Positions 38,203-49,915 of a stretch of DNA of 64,000 nucleotides are shown here, piece by piece. The DNA is from Octopus sinensis (Eukaryota), in the NCBI RefSeq assembly GCF_006345805.1, contig NC_042997.1, positions 174,778,001 to 174,842,000 of the forward strand, given 5' to 3'. Each line of letters opens with the position of its first letter. Positions within the stretch are counted from its first letter, which is position 1. The notes beneath the pieces were generated by a model. It was not told the origin of the DNA and made no database searches. It was given only the letters and a program-made list of their open reading frames with translations. The position numbers were made by a program, and so were the translations under genes.

Positions 38203-39347
38203 ATGTGTGTGTGCGCGCACGCAAATTATACACGTTCGCTCGTAAATTCATCATATAAGATCTGAGAATCCCTTTTTGGTATTGGGCTAAAATACGATAC
38301 AGCAGTAGAGGGGGTCTGCATTTGGAAGACTCCTCGAATCGGAGATTTAAAGAAACACCAATCAAAGAAAATAATAACAAAACAAAAAAAGCAAAACAAC
38401 AAAAAACATTGCCGAGATCTTCACACACCAAACATTGCACAAGTTTCTTTCTTTCTCATTATTAGAATTCCAACTGGGGTTCTCTTGTTGCTGCTATTCT
38501 CACTGATCTTAAGTGGTAAGCTACGGCAGGTGGAATACTTAAGACATTTTTTTTTCTATTTCGTATTGTTTTGATCTTTGTTTTATATTTTTGCTTGTTA
38601 TTTTCATATTATTTTTGACTTCCTGCTGTTGTTTTTTTTTTTGATGGTGTGGGTGGTGAGGTTCTTGTTGTTATTCTCATATGTGTATATATATATATAT
38701 ATTTGTTTGTGTTTTTTTTATAGATGTGAATGTTGTTATTGATGATGGTGTTGTTGATGTTTCCCCCACCTACTCACCCAGTTCTTTATCATATAACATT
38801 TCGACAAGAAACGAAAACACTTACACACACACACACACACACACAGATACACACACATACATACACATGCATAAAAACATACATACAAGCATGTACGCCC
38901 AAACATGCAAAGAAACGAACTCGTGCATCCGCATACATGCAGGCACACGTACACTTACATACACACACACTCACACACATACACGCGTGCACACATATAT
39001 ACACATATATACCCATACATACACACATATATATATATATTTATTTATACACACACACATTTTGGATGCACACAATCAGACACATACGCTCGTACACAAC
39101 CAAGCACGCACACACATACGCAACCACACATATACTCAGTTACATACATTTATATACATACTATCAGACTAACGCTTATATATAGCCGTACGCTAACACA
39201 TACACACGTACGTGCATGTAATCACAAAAAGACATACATGCGTACACACTGATCTGCTCGGCGGAATGCTAACATTCACGTACAACCATACGTTGACACA
39301 CAGGAACGCACACAATCACTCAGCCACAAACACACACAGTGTTACAG

Positions 39348-39386
<39 letters not shown>

Positions 39387-39764
39387 TGATAAGAACAGAG
39401 ACAATGTATTCAGACTCGAACATGAAAGAATTAACATATTTCTGTCACAATAGATAGCAAATTGTTTAGATTTCATTACAAGAGATAAAGACCTTGTCAG
39501 TCTTTCGTTTTCCTTTCTTTTCTCCTTCCTTTTTTTTTTTTTTTTCTCCTCTCCAATTATTTGTGTGGCTTGGCACCAAGATATGGAGCTCTGCAATTTC
39601 TCAGCCACATCATCAGACACAACATGAACAACGGCAAACAGATACGGCGAGGACGACGATGATGTTGACGAGAATGAGAACTACAATGACAGCAACAACG
39701 AAAAGATTTCAGCAATATTAAAGCAAGATCACAACATGAGAACTATTTCATTATTTAACTCACA

Positions 39765-39765
39765 G

Positions 39766-39817
<52 letters not shown>

Positions 39818-40108
39818 TGGCGTAGTATGTGAATGTGTGTGTATATAGATACGTACTTATACATATGTGTTCGTATACACACATACATATCTATGTGTGT
39901 ATTGTGTATGTATGCATGTATATGTATGTGCATACATATATATATACATATATGATATACATGTGTATATATCTTCATATATATATATATGTATATACAT
40001 ATGTATATATATATTCATATATATGTATATACATATGTATATTCATATATATATATATACATATGTATGTATATATACATTTTTGTATATATATATGTAT
40101 ATTTATTA

Positions 40109-40157
<49 letters not shown>

Positions 40158-40347
40158 CATATGTATATATTGTATATATATATTATATATATATATATAA
40201 TATATATATATATTATATTCATGTATATATTATATATATGTGGTGTATCCATATCCGCAGGTATTTTCGTGTTTATATATTACATATATATTACATACAC
40301 CACATATATATATACGTATATATATTATACATATATATAATATATAT

Positions 40348-40384
<37 letters not shown>

Positions 40385-40450
40385 TGTATATATACATACA
40401 CACATATATATATACGTATATATATATATACATATATATAATATATATCC

Positions 40451-40488
<38 letters not shown>

Positions 40489-40512
40489 ATATATAATAAT
40501 ATATATATATAT
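39765..40512. repeat. Long degenerate (TA)n/(TATG) array
   Basis: Direct reading; source of many YI-repeat ORFs. Confidence 0.95.
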
Positions 40513-40589
40513 GGGGGAGAATTCACAAAAAAAAACAAAAAACATGCATGCATGAAAATATAAATATTATTAAAATTATATTGATATGC

Positions 40590-41072
40590 AGCAAAAATAA
40601 AGCACCATATAGGTAGAATCTCTAGCAACGATCGTACTTCCTGTATATCTGCTTTCCATATTTATAATTCTACCTATATGCCACTTTATTCTTGCTGGCT
40701 ATTTATATTATTTATTAGTATTCATATTTCTATGCATATTTTTTCACTGATCTTGGTTCTGATTATGACTGGGGCTATTAGCTAAGTACATAGGCTGAGG
40801 TGTAGTGGATATTTCAAAATTTGGTCGTTCATGGTAGACTCAACTGACGATAATCCATCAGATTCGCGCTCATGTACGTGATCTGAAGGGTTTGAAACTG
40901 CAGTATTGAGTTATCCTTTATTCCTCTAACGGTTTCCGTAGAGGCAAGACAGAATTTTCTTATATTTATCGCCCGCACACATTTCTGCTTCTAAATATTC
41001 AGTGAAGCTCTACATAGTACCGTAAACTTACCGGCTGCTATTTCCAGCATTGATCGTATTTCGTGTACACCT

Positions 41073-41080
<8 letters not shown>
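40590..41080 (+). mobile_element. ~490-bp hammerhead-bearing insertion between (TA)n arrays
   Basis: Contains the hammerhead at 40837-40912; diverged direct repeat GATCGTA.TTC.TGTA.A.CTG.TTT at ~40626-40652 and ~41053-41078; 5' hairpin at ~40594-40690. Confidence 0.5.
40837..40912 (+). ncRNA. Type I hammerhead ribozyme with long stem II and loopless palindromic stem III
   Basis: GACTCAA-CTGACGA-T-AATCC-A-TCAGAT...ATCTGA-A-GGGTT-T-GAA-ACTGCAGT-A-TTGAGTT: 7-bp stem I, intact core, GUA cleavage after 40905. Confidence 0.82.
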
Positions 41081-41110
<30 letters not shown>

Positions 41111-41132
41111 AGAACAAAGTGTACGTACGCCG

Positions 41133-41158
<26 letters not shown>

Positions 41159-41164
<6 letters not shown>

Positions 41165-41385
41165 CAAAATGGGACAAGAACGCAAAACATCCGGACAACT
41201 AAGTGATACAAAAATGGACAACAAAACACCCAGACAGACGATACCAAAACGAAAAACAAGGACGGTTCATTCGAAGTCTTCTATCCTCAGTCAAGTACCG
41301 GATCATCCTCGCAATTTCGGCTGATTAATCAGCCGAAATTGCGAGGATGATTCGGTTCTTGCGTTGTTGTCCCATTTTGTATTTT
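41159..41385. mobile_element. Fold-back element in (TA)n with a near-perfect internal 28-bp-arm hairpin
   Basis: Inverted ends AAAATACAAAATGGGACAA.AACGCAA; 41298-41355 reads CCGGATCATCCTCGCAATTTCGGCTGAT-TA-ATCAGCCGAAATTGCGAGGATGATTCGG. Confidence 0.8.
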
Positions 41386-43926
41386 ATATATATATACATA
41401 CATACATACATACATTCATACATACATACATATATGCACACACACATACATACATACATACATACATACATACGTACGTACGTACGTACGTACGTACATA
41501 CATACATACATACATACATACATACATACATACATACATACATACATACATACATACGTACGTACGTACGCACGCACGCACGCACGCACGCACGCATGCA
41601 TGTATGTATGTATGTATGCATGTATGTATATATGCATGCGTACACACTCGAGATTATACTTTAAAAGCATCTTAAATCTGAAAAACTGTTGATTGTTTGA
41701 GATTATCTTATTTACAGTCGTTTACTGTTGCCCGTTGATGCTTGTTTAATTTCTCTCGAACTAAAAATTATTTCAGGGAAAATTTCAACAAATCAATAAT
41801 TTCTTTTGCATGGTATTCATTATATTTTTCTTTTGTTCTTCTATTCCTTGTTCTTATTTAAAATTCATGCCAAAGATATTCGTATTCTGTTTTCATGATG
41901 TTTGCCTAGATTATTGTATATTAAATACTTCAAACAGATTGGATAAATCGAAAATGGCTGATAAATTCATAACCTTCTATAAACCTCACTCTCTAACCTT
42001 ACAACCCTGTGTAATTTGAGCGTGATGTGGAAGTTAGCTGGCTGAGCAACCACGTACAATCTCCTTCGTTAGTTTATCTACTCGAGAAGCATTTTCAAGT
42101 ATGAAAATGTTTGTAATAACATTTTGGTTATGTTGATAATGCTGAAAAGGATGTCGTGTTTTCTATAACGGCCGATAACAAGATAGTGAATAATTCTTCC
42201 TCTGCCTAACTGTTGGTGAATAATGCTGAAGAAGAGAGAAAGAGAATGAAACAGGCACACACACACACACTTACACACTTACACTCAGACAGATAGACAG
42301 ACACACAGTCACAGAATGGGAGTGAGTGAGTGAGTGAAAGACCTGGCGGGAACACGCCAAAACCACAACGTTTCAAAGTTTGCAAGTAGTGAGATCGAAT
42401 CCATTCTTCTTTCTTACACGGTAATGAATCGATAAATGAATGGATAAATAAATAAATGAATGACAGAATGAATTAATAATCGAACAACTGATCAAAAACT
42501 GAATCAAACCAAATAAGTGGACCACGGCAAGAAAACTGACCTGAAGATATTGAAGTAATTAAGTCGACTAGCATGGAAGGAATTTTGAAACAATGAATCA
42601 TCGCAACTTGTTGGATCATTAAACATTTGTCGGGAAGTATAGAGAAGAAAAGAAGTGAGAAACTGAAGCCTAGAAGTACTAGAGACATTAAGCGAAGCGA
42701 TATCAGTTGGAACCAACTTCGGTGGTCGTTGAAGCTTATATGAAACCATTGAAACTGTGAACTAATTGACCGTATAAAATTGCTGCATTAAACATTCAAA
42801 GATTACAGCATATTTAGAAAGGAAATATCACCTCCCATCACACCACTACACCACTATTGCCATTTCCAACACTACCACCATGACCACCATCCTCACCACC
42901 GCCACAACCTGCACTATTTCAAACGACACTACCGCCATCGCCACCAAACCCTCAATAAAATGTTTGATAGCTGAAGCAGTTCCATTCGTTCATTATATAC
43001 GATTGCCGTTAAGGTCATGTGTCTAAAGAGTCGCACTAGCTGAATGAATAAATGTATTGACTTCTGAACTCTTGAGGTTGTATGTTAACAGCCTATCAAT
43101 GGCCTCAATGGTGATTTGCAGTGTATTTAGACAAGACTTTGATATCCTTCCTCTCTTTATTCTAACCTAGATGCAAAACTAGATTTCTTACTTTGGCGCA
43201 ATATTTCATACGTTATGAAAGTAATATCTTTTAATCCGCTGAATTATAGGATCAGAAATTCTTGTTTATGTAGGGAATCAAGGGATGATATGTTGGAATG
43301 GTTTCCTTTAGGGTTTCAGTGATTATGAGGCCGAGTCATTTTAGTGGGATTGAATATTTTTACTGTGTTCTGTTTGTGAATAAAGAAGACGTATTATTCT
43401 GATGTATTTCCTTGAAAATATTCTTTTAATAGGTCCTTTTTTTTTTCTATGATGTTTCTGAGGCCTCTGTACATATAAATTGCACAAGTCTTGTAGAAAG
43501 AGCTGGATTTTCTTGTGTGTTGCATCTTTGAGAACAGTGGATGATAATAACATCCGCCCAATGTTGCATGTACAACCGTACTTGTGTTAAACCAAACTAA
43601 ATAGTTAGAGATATTCGTTGGTACACGATGATATAGACTGAGACGTTCTTGGTTGAATGTATTTTCTGTTGGCACATATGATGCAGATAGCATTATTTGA
43701 GCAGTGTTCTTCCGCTCCAAATAGTTCTCACCAGAATTCTATGGTCGCGATATCATTTCGCATAACTAACTGCTTACTGAGAGTTAGATTGCAAGTCCTG
43801 AAAAGGTTATTCGGAGATAAGTTATATGTTTTGCTTGAACTGTGATATTTGTACAGAATATCTCTTGACTTCAAGTCAATATTCAATTCAGTGCTTGAAT
43901 ACTTTCATTCTTGTCAGCAAAATCAA

Positions 43927-44316
43927 GGTGGTGAGCTGGCAGAATCGTTAGCACTCTGGAAAAATGCTTAGTGGCATTTCATCCGTCTCTACGTTCAGAG
44001 TTCAAATTCCACCGAAGTCGATTTTACTTTTCTATCGTTCTCTTTTGCCGAACCGCTAAGTTATGTGGACGTAAACACACCAGCAGCGGTTGTCAAACGA
44101 TGTTGGGGGGGGGGCAAACACAGCCATGCATACACATATATATGCATATATACGACGGGCTTCTTTCAGTTTCCGTCTACCAAATCCACTCACAAGGCTT
44201 TGGTCGGCCCGAGGCTATAGTAGAAGACACTTGCCCAAGGTGCCACGCAGTCGGATTGAACCCGAAATCATGTGGTTCGTAAGCAAGCTACCTACCACAC
44301 AGCCACTCCTACGCCT
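43927..44316. mobile_element. SINE family A head (+, 43927-44030) fused tail-to-tail with a truncated SINE family D (-, 44030-44316)
   Basis: Both family motifs recognisable, with an abrupt junction near 44030. Confidence 0.75.
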
Positions 44317-45393
44317 ATATACTATATTTTTTTAGTAGATTCGTATTTCGTGACTTTTTATAAAGTTACCTTTTACTCGTAATGCAAATTTTACTATTCT
44401 AGGTAAAAATGTTTAGAATGCATTCCTGTTGGGGAAACAGTATAAAATTCTCAAGTCTTCTGATATTAGTGGCCTTGATATCATCATAGAAATCAGTATT
44501 CTATTTTTTCCTACAGAGCAAGAGACTGGCTAAATCAAGAGTGTGAGAGATTAAATGCACTAGTATTTTGTTTCGTTAAACTGTTTAAATGCTCTTCACG
44601 TCCTAAGCTCAGATCCCTCCGGGTTCAACTGTGACTTCCAGCTTTCTCGGGATGATAAAATAAGGCCCCACTAGAGAACGATGGTTCAACAGAATTATTA
44701 GATTCTGAGATTTTATGTTTTGTGTATGCTAACAGGGGAGGTCTCGGAAACCTCTCAGAAGTCAGCCGAAAGATGGGTCAACCATTTTTGTATTTTACTT
44801 GACAAAGTCATGAGGGGTCGATCTCCACCTGACCAAAATACACATTTCCTTTAATTTCTGAGCTCGTATCTCATCAGAGTGAACTATACTTTTCATCCTT
44901 TTAGTATTTCAGTGTTGATAAAGCACATTAGTAGTAAAGTACCGTGGTTGATCTAATTGACTATAACCTATCTTTCAAATATTTGGTCTTTTGCCTATGC
45001 TAGATTTCATATTTTACGTTCAGTCACTCTTATAGTTGTCGCAGTCTTCAAATGCAACGTAAAAGATTCTGATTTCTTTAATCATATACATTTCAAATAG
45101 TTTGCTACTTCACTTCGTTTCCCTTCATCTTTTCCTCCTCCTCCTCCTTTCACATCTGCTGACCTTTTTTCCTTTTCTTCTTCATTTTCGTCTTCCTCCT
45201 CTTTATCACTTTCATTCGAACATAATTTTCATTCGGTGTTTTTTTTTTTTTTAACAAATCTAATTTTATTTTTCTAAAAAGTTCATAAAATTATACATTA
45301 TTTACAATTTCATTTCAATTCGCTTTTAATTAGTTTTCTTTCTTTTTTCTTTCTTTCTTCATATATATATATATATAGTGTGTGTGTGTATGC

Positions 45394-45468
<75 letters not shown>

Positions 45469-45978
45469 CAACACACACACAACGCGCGCATGTATGCTAC
45501 TTTTGCAAATTGCTAATTTTCTACCATTTTTAATGAACATTTTAAATTTTTTAATCTTAATTTCTTTTCATCGTATCCTTCTTTCCTGCCTTGTACCACC
45601 AATCATTTCCACTTTAAAAAAAAAAAAAACGTAAAAATGTTTTTTAAATGGAACACATTAAATGTAACTAAAAGAGAAAAATGAAATGAGGGAAATGTGT
45701 GTCCGTGTGTGTGTGTGTGTACATGGAGGGGGTACGTGTGTGAATGTGCATGTGTGTGTGTGTGTGTGAGTTAGGGGAGGTGGTTAGAAATAATTAAAAG
45801 CTATGATTCTCTTACACCATGTTGTGTTGATCATTGAACATGTATTAATATGCTATCAATAACACCGAATAAACTGCAAGTTTAGATTTTGCACAAGCTT
45901 TTTTAATTACACTAATTCCTTGTTTAAAAACATATAAATCACAACAACAACAACAACAATAATAATAATAATAATGAC

Positions 45979-46012
<34 letters not shown>

Positions 46013-46544
46013 TAATAATGATGATGATGATAATATTAATAATAATAACAACAACAACAACAACAATATCAATAATAAAATGGTGATGGTGATGATGATG
46101 AGGAGGAGGATGATGATGATGATGATTTCTTAATAGTCGGTGATAATGTATCTCTAAAAGAAATGGAAAAATCATCCAAATATAAAGGTCTGGAAAATAA
46201 AGATAACCTGAATGTACAGATTGAAAATAGGAACAATCTCTAAAGTAATGAATACGTTAATTTTGCTTGTTTCAGACAAAGGTTGAAAATGATTTAGAAT
46301 AAAAAGGATGCAGAAAAATCCATAACCAAAATTGCATGATTTAGAAATAGACACATGATACAGTAAACTAAATGCTGAGATACAACACTCACACACACAC
46401 ACACACACGTTTTGTTGAGTACTTTTAAGGGAAAAGAAAAGAACAGAACAAAATCCGATAAAAAATACTGCATATACTTATGACACAGAGAACTGCTCTT
46501 GGTACTCCCACGAAAGTTTACAATGAAATTTATTTATTTATTTT

Positions 46545-46842
46545 TATTTATGCGCCCTTTTCAAGCCTAGCCAAGCTCATGGGCTCGGTTTCCCGGTTTC
46601 TGTGGCGTCTGTGTTCCTCCCAGCTGGACAGGACGCCAGTCCATCGCAGCGTTACTCAAGAAACAGGAAGAGACAGTGAGAGAAAGTTGTGGCGAAAGAG
46701 TACAACAGAGGTTGCCACCCCCACCCCTGCCGGAGCCTCGTGGAGCTTTAGGTGTATTCGCTCAATAAACACACACAACGCCCGGTCTGGGAATTGAAAC
46801 CGCGAGTCTGCTGCCCTAGCCACTGGGCCATTGCGCCTCCAC
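46545..46842 (-). mobile_element. SINE family C (variant tail)
   Basis: Head reverse complement ...CACTGGGCCATTGCGCCTCCAC; body CCGGAGCCTCGTGGAGCTTTAGGTG. Confidence 0.8.
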
Positions 46843-46859
46843 TGCTAAATAACTGCTCC

Positions 46860-47071
46860 AAATGTTGGCACAGGTCTAGTATTGTTTGATGGGGTGGGGA
46901 AGTCGATTACATCGATCCCTGAACTTGTGCTTAGCTGATCATTATTTTATCAACCCGGAACGAAGGCAGGCGATATTGACCTCGGCGGAATTTGAACTCA
47001 GAACATAAAGACAAACGAAATGCTGCTAAGTATTCTGTCCGGCATACTAACCGTTCTGCCAACTCGCCACC
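46860..47071 (-). mobile_element. SINE family A, single unit
   Basis: GACCTCGGCGGAATTTGAACTCAGAAC...CTCGCCACC. Confidence 0.7.
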
Positions 47072-47692
47072 TTAAGACTACAGAATAATCCTTTCTACTA
47101 TGTCTGGGGTGCTAAGATTCTGATATCTCGCTGCCCGAAGACTTCAAAATATTAATAATAATTTTTTTGAAATTTTCTCAGAAAACTTCAAATTTTAGAG
47201 AAGTGTGTAAGTCGATAAAATCGGTCTCAGACCAAGTAAACCTTAGAATGGATAGCAACACTGGCAACTATAATCACTATTATGGGCACTTTTAATTTAA
47301 TAGTGCTTCTGTTACATATACCGAATTTTATTCAGCCGGGCGGCTATTTCCAACATCAATGAGTAATCATTCACTGTTTACCTATGTCGGTGACAACAAA
47401 TTTCATCTAAACAAGTTGCTGGCTGTGAGTACATGCTATTGATAACTGTGAGTACAAGCTATCGACAACAGTCACCTCCACTTCTTGGACAGTTTTCGTC
47501 TTCCCTTGATATATATTGTGTTTTTAAACACTGTACTCCCTTAGAGATATTATCTCCGGGTGAGTACTTTTTGGAGTGTATTTACGTTAAGTATGATACG
47601 TAGGTGGCTATTTTAACATAATTCTGCTTATTATTTACAGTATTTACATTATTTACATTTGACGGATATTTGTCCTCATCTTCATTGTTGTT

Positions 47693-47737
47693 AACACAAC
47701 TTTCAGTTGATATACTCTCCAGCCTTCATCGGGTGTC
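47693..47737 (-). ncRNA. Degenerate minimal type I hammerhead (inverted arm)
   Basis: Minus strand GACAC-CCGATGA-A-GGCTG...CAACT-GAAA-GT-T-GTGTT. Confidence 0.5.
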
Positions 47738-47785
47738 TTGGGGAAATTTCGAACCTGGGTTCTCATTCCTAAGGTATTTTATCGA

Positions 47786-47857
<72 letters not shown>

Positions 47858-47968
47858 CATTATTATCATCCAGGTCACTGCCTGGAATCGACACATGTTC
47901 GTGGGCATATGGTGTAGTGGTTTTGAGCGCGAGCTGCTAACCCCAAGATTCCGAGTTCGATTCAGTGA

Positions 47969-48017
<49 letters not shown>

Positions 48018-48022
48018 TAATA

Positions 48023-48094
<72 letters not shown>

Positions 48095-48096
<2 letters not shown>

Positions 48097-48646
48097 GCCC
48101 TAATGCAGTACCAGGCAGTGGCTCTCATGGCTTCTGATCTTAACTGATTGGAAGTGTTATCATGTACATTGTTTTGTCTTGGTATAAAAGATGGGCTACA
48201 GCAAAATTCTGCTCAATACCACAGATTTGCTTGTCAGTTGTTTGACCTAACCAGTTGAGCATGCCCCTTAGTGGCTGACGATATGTGCATCTCTGATCAC
48301 GAGCAGAAGTAGTGGGGGAGCATCATAGCCATGTGTTGAGAAGGATTCTTTGGGGTTTGAATAATTCACCTCTGGAAACATAGGTGTTTCGTTCAACGTC
48401 CTTAAACAACCCTTATTCAGGGACCTTTGAGCGGGATGGGTTACTCGATCTGAAGAAAATTCTAACTGGGCTCCACCTGCAAGGTCATGTGCTGTTTATC
48501 TGATATGAGATCACCATGTCGCGCACATATGGTTGTGATGCATGTGCCTGGTGTACCCTTATCAGACGGGTAGTCATGATGGGTATACTGGGCTTCGTAT
48601 ATTTTACCCCAGTGTCACTTTGATGGCATGCTCTGCTCGCTCACTC
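48095..48646 (-). mobile_element. ~550-bp non-coding interspersed element inserted in (AAT)n (probable non-autonomous retroelement with (ATT)n tail)
   Basis: Complex sequence flanked on both sides by pure (AAT)n and splitting the tRNA-headed element; no ORF, no TIR. Confidence 0.55.
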
Positions 48647-48704
<58 letters not shown>

Positions 48705-48752
48705 TCGAAAAAATACCTTAGGAAAGAGAACCCAGGTTCGAAATTTCCCCAA

Positions 48753-48798
48753 GACACCTGATGAAGGCTGGAGAGTATATCAGCCAAAACGTTGTGTT
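48753..48798 (+). ncRNA. Minimal type I hammerhead (GAAA mutated to AAAA)
   Basis: GACAC-CTGATGA-A-GGCTG-GAGAGTATAT-CAGCC-AAAAC-GT-T-GTGTT; the inverted arm retains GAAA, so the two-copy consensus is canonical. Confidence 0.65.
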
Positions 48799-49489
48799 AA
48801 CAACAAACAAGACGAGGAGAAATATCCGTCAATTGTAAATAATGTAAATAATGTAAATAATTCCTCATCTCTTAAATATAGAACTGTATTATAATGCTGC
48901 TTCTGTTGCACATAACTGATTACTAGCTGCCCTACAGCACATAAGATATTTTGTTCTCCTTGCTGTACAATGCCGGATGAACGATTCTAGCGACAACGGA
49001 GAGCAGTCTCTTAATAATGTCTGTTCGATCAGTGTTGGTCTCAAGCTGAACGTCAGTAAGAGCAGCAAAACTATTTTTGCTTTTACTGTAAGACAAAAAA
49101 AAAAAAAAACATATTCAGAAAGAAAATCTTGAACCAGCATTTTGAATTCTTTTATTCCTGCTTTAATTTGTACCTATTTCTCTTATTTATTATTTATTTC
49201 ATCTATTATTTATTTATTCTCATAGCAGGAAAATATTCCTATGTATTCTCTTCTATATATGATTTACTTCCCGCTCCAAGCAATACGAACTTCTAACAGT
49301 ATTCCCTTTCTCTTTTATTTTCAATAATTTATATACTGTACCGGTTATATCCACTAATAATGTAAATGCACGTGCCTGTGTGTGCATAGGGATATAAGTT
49401 TTGTATATGTAAAGCGGTGACTGTATATTACCATATGTATGTGTACACAAAGACACTCACACGTGCACACATGCACACACACATGCAGG

Positions 49490-49612
49490 CGCATATATAT
49501 ATGCACGTACATGTGTGTATGTGCATGTGTATGTATATATATATATAAATATATATACATACACGTGTATATATATATATATATATATACATATATCTAT
49601 ATATATATATAC

Positions 49613-49686
<74 letters not shown>

Positions 49687-49830
49687 GTATATATACATAT
49701 ATATATATGTACATATATAATGTACATATATATACATATATATAAATACATACATATATATATATATACATATATATATACATGCATATATATATATACA
49801 TGCATATACATATATATATGTATGTATGTA

Positions 49831-49876
<46 letters not shown>

Positions 49877-49915
49877 GTATATACAACATACATATATATA
49901 TACATATATACATGG
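49490..49915. repeat. Degenerate (TA)n/(TACA) array
   Basis: Direct reading. Confidence 0.95.

Larger units (their letters stand above)
47631..48888 (+). mobile_element. tRNA-headed, hammerhead-tailed element with an inverted partial copy at its 5' side
   Basis: Head 47903-47972 (A box TGGTGTAGTGG 47910-47920, B box GAGTTCGATTC 47953-47963), (AAT)n, tail 48701-48888 with hammerhead. 47631-47891 is the reverse complement of tail + (AAT)n + B-box end. Confidence 0.75.

Noticed and set aside
43330-43880. Possible decayed LINE coding fragment (similar hints at ~13180-13400 and ~63200-63600)
   Set aside because: No diagnostic motif could be read with confidence.
44845-44890. Minus-strand CTGATGA...GAAA (also at ~39590-39615)
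   Set aside because: No stem I or stem III and no NUH site; chance matches.
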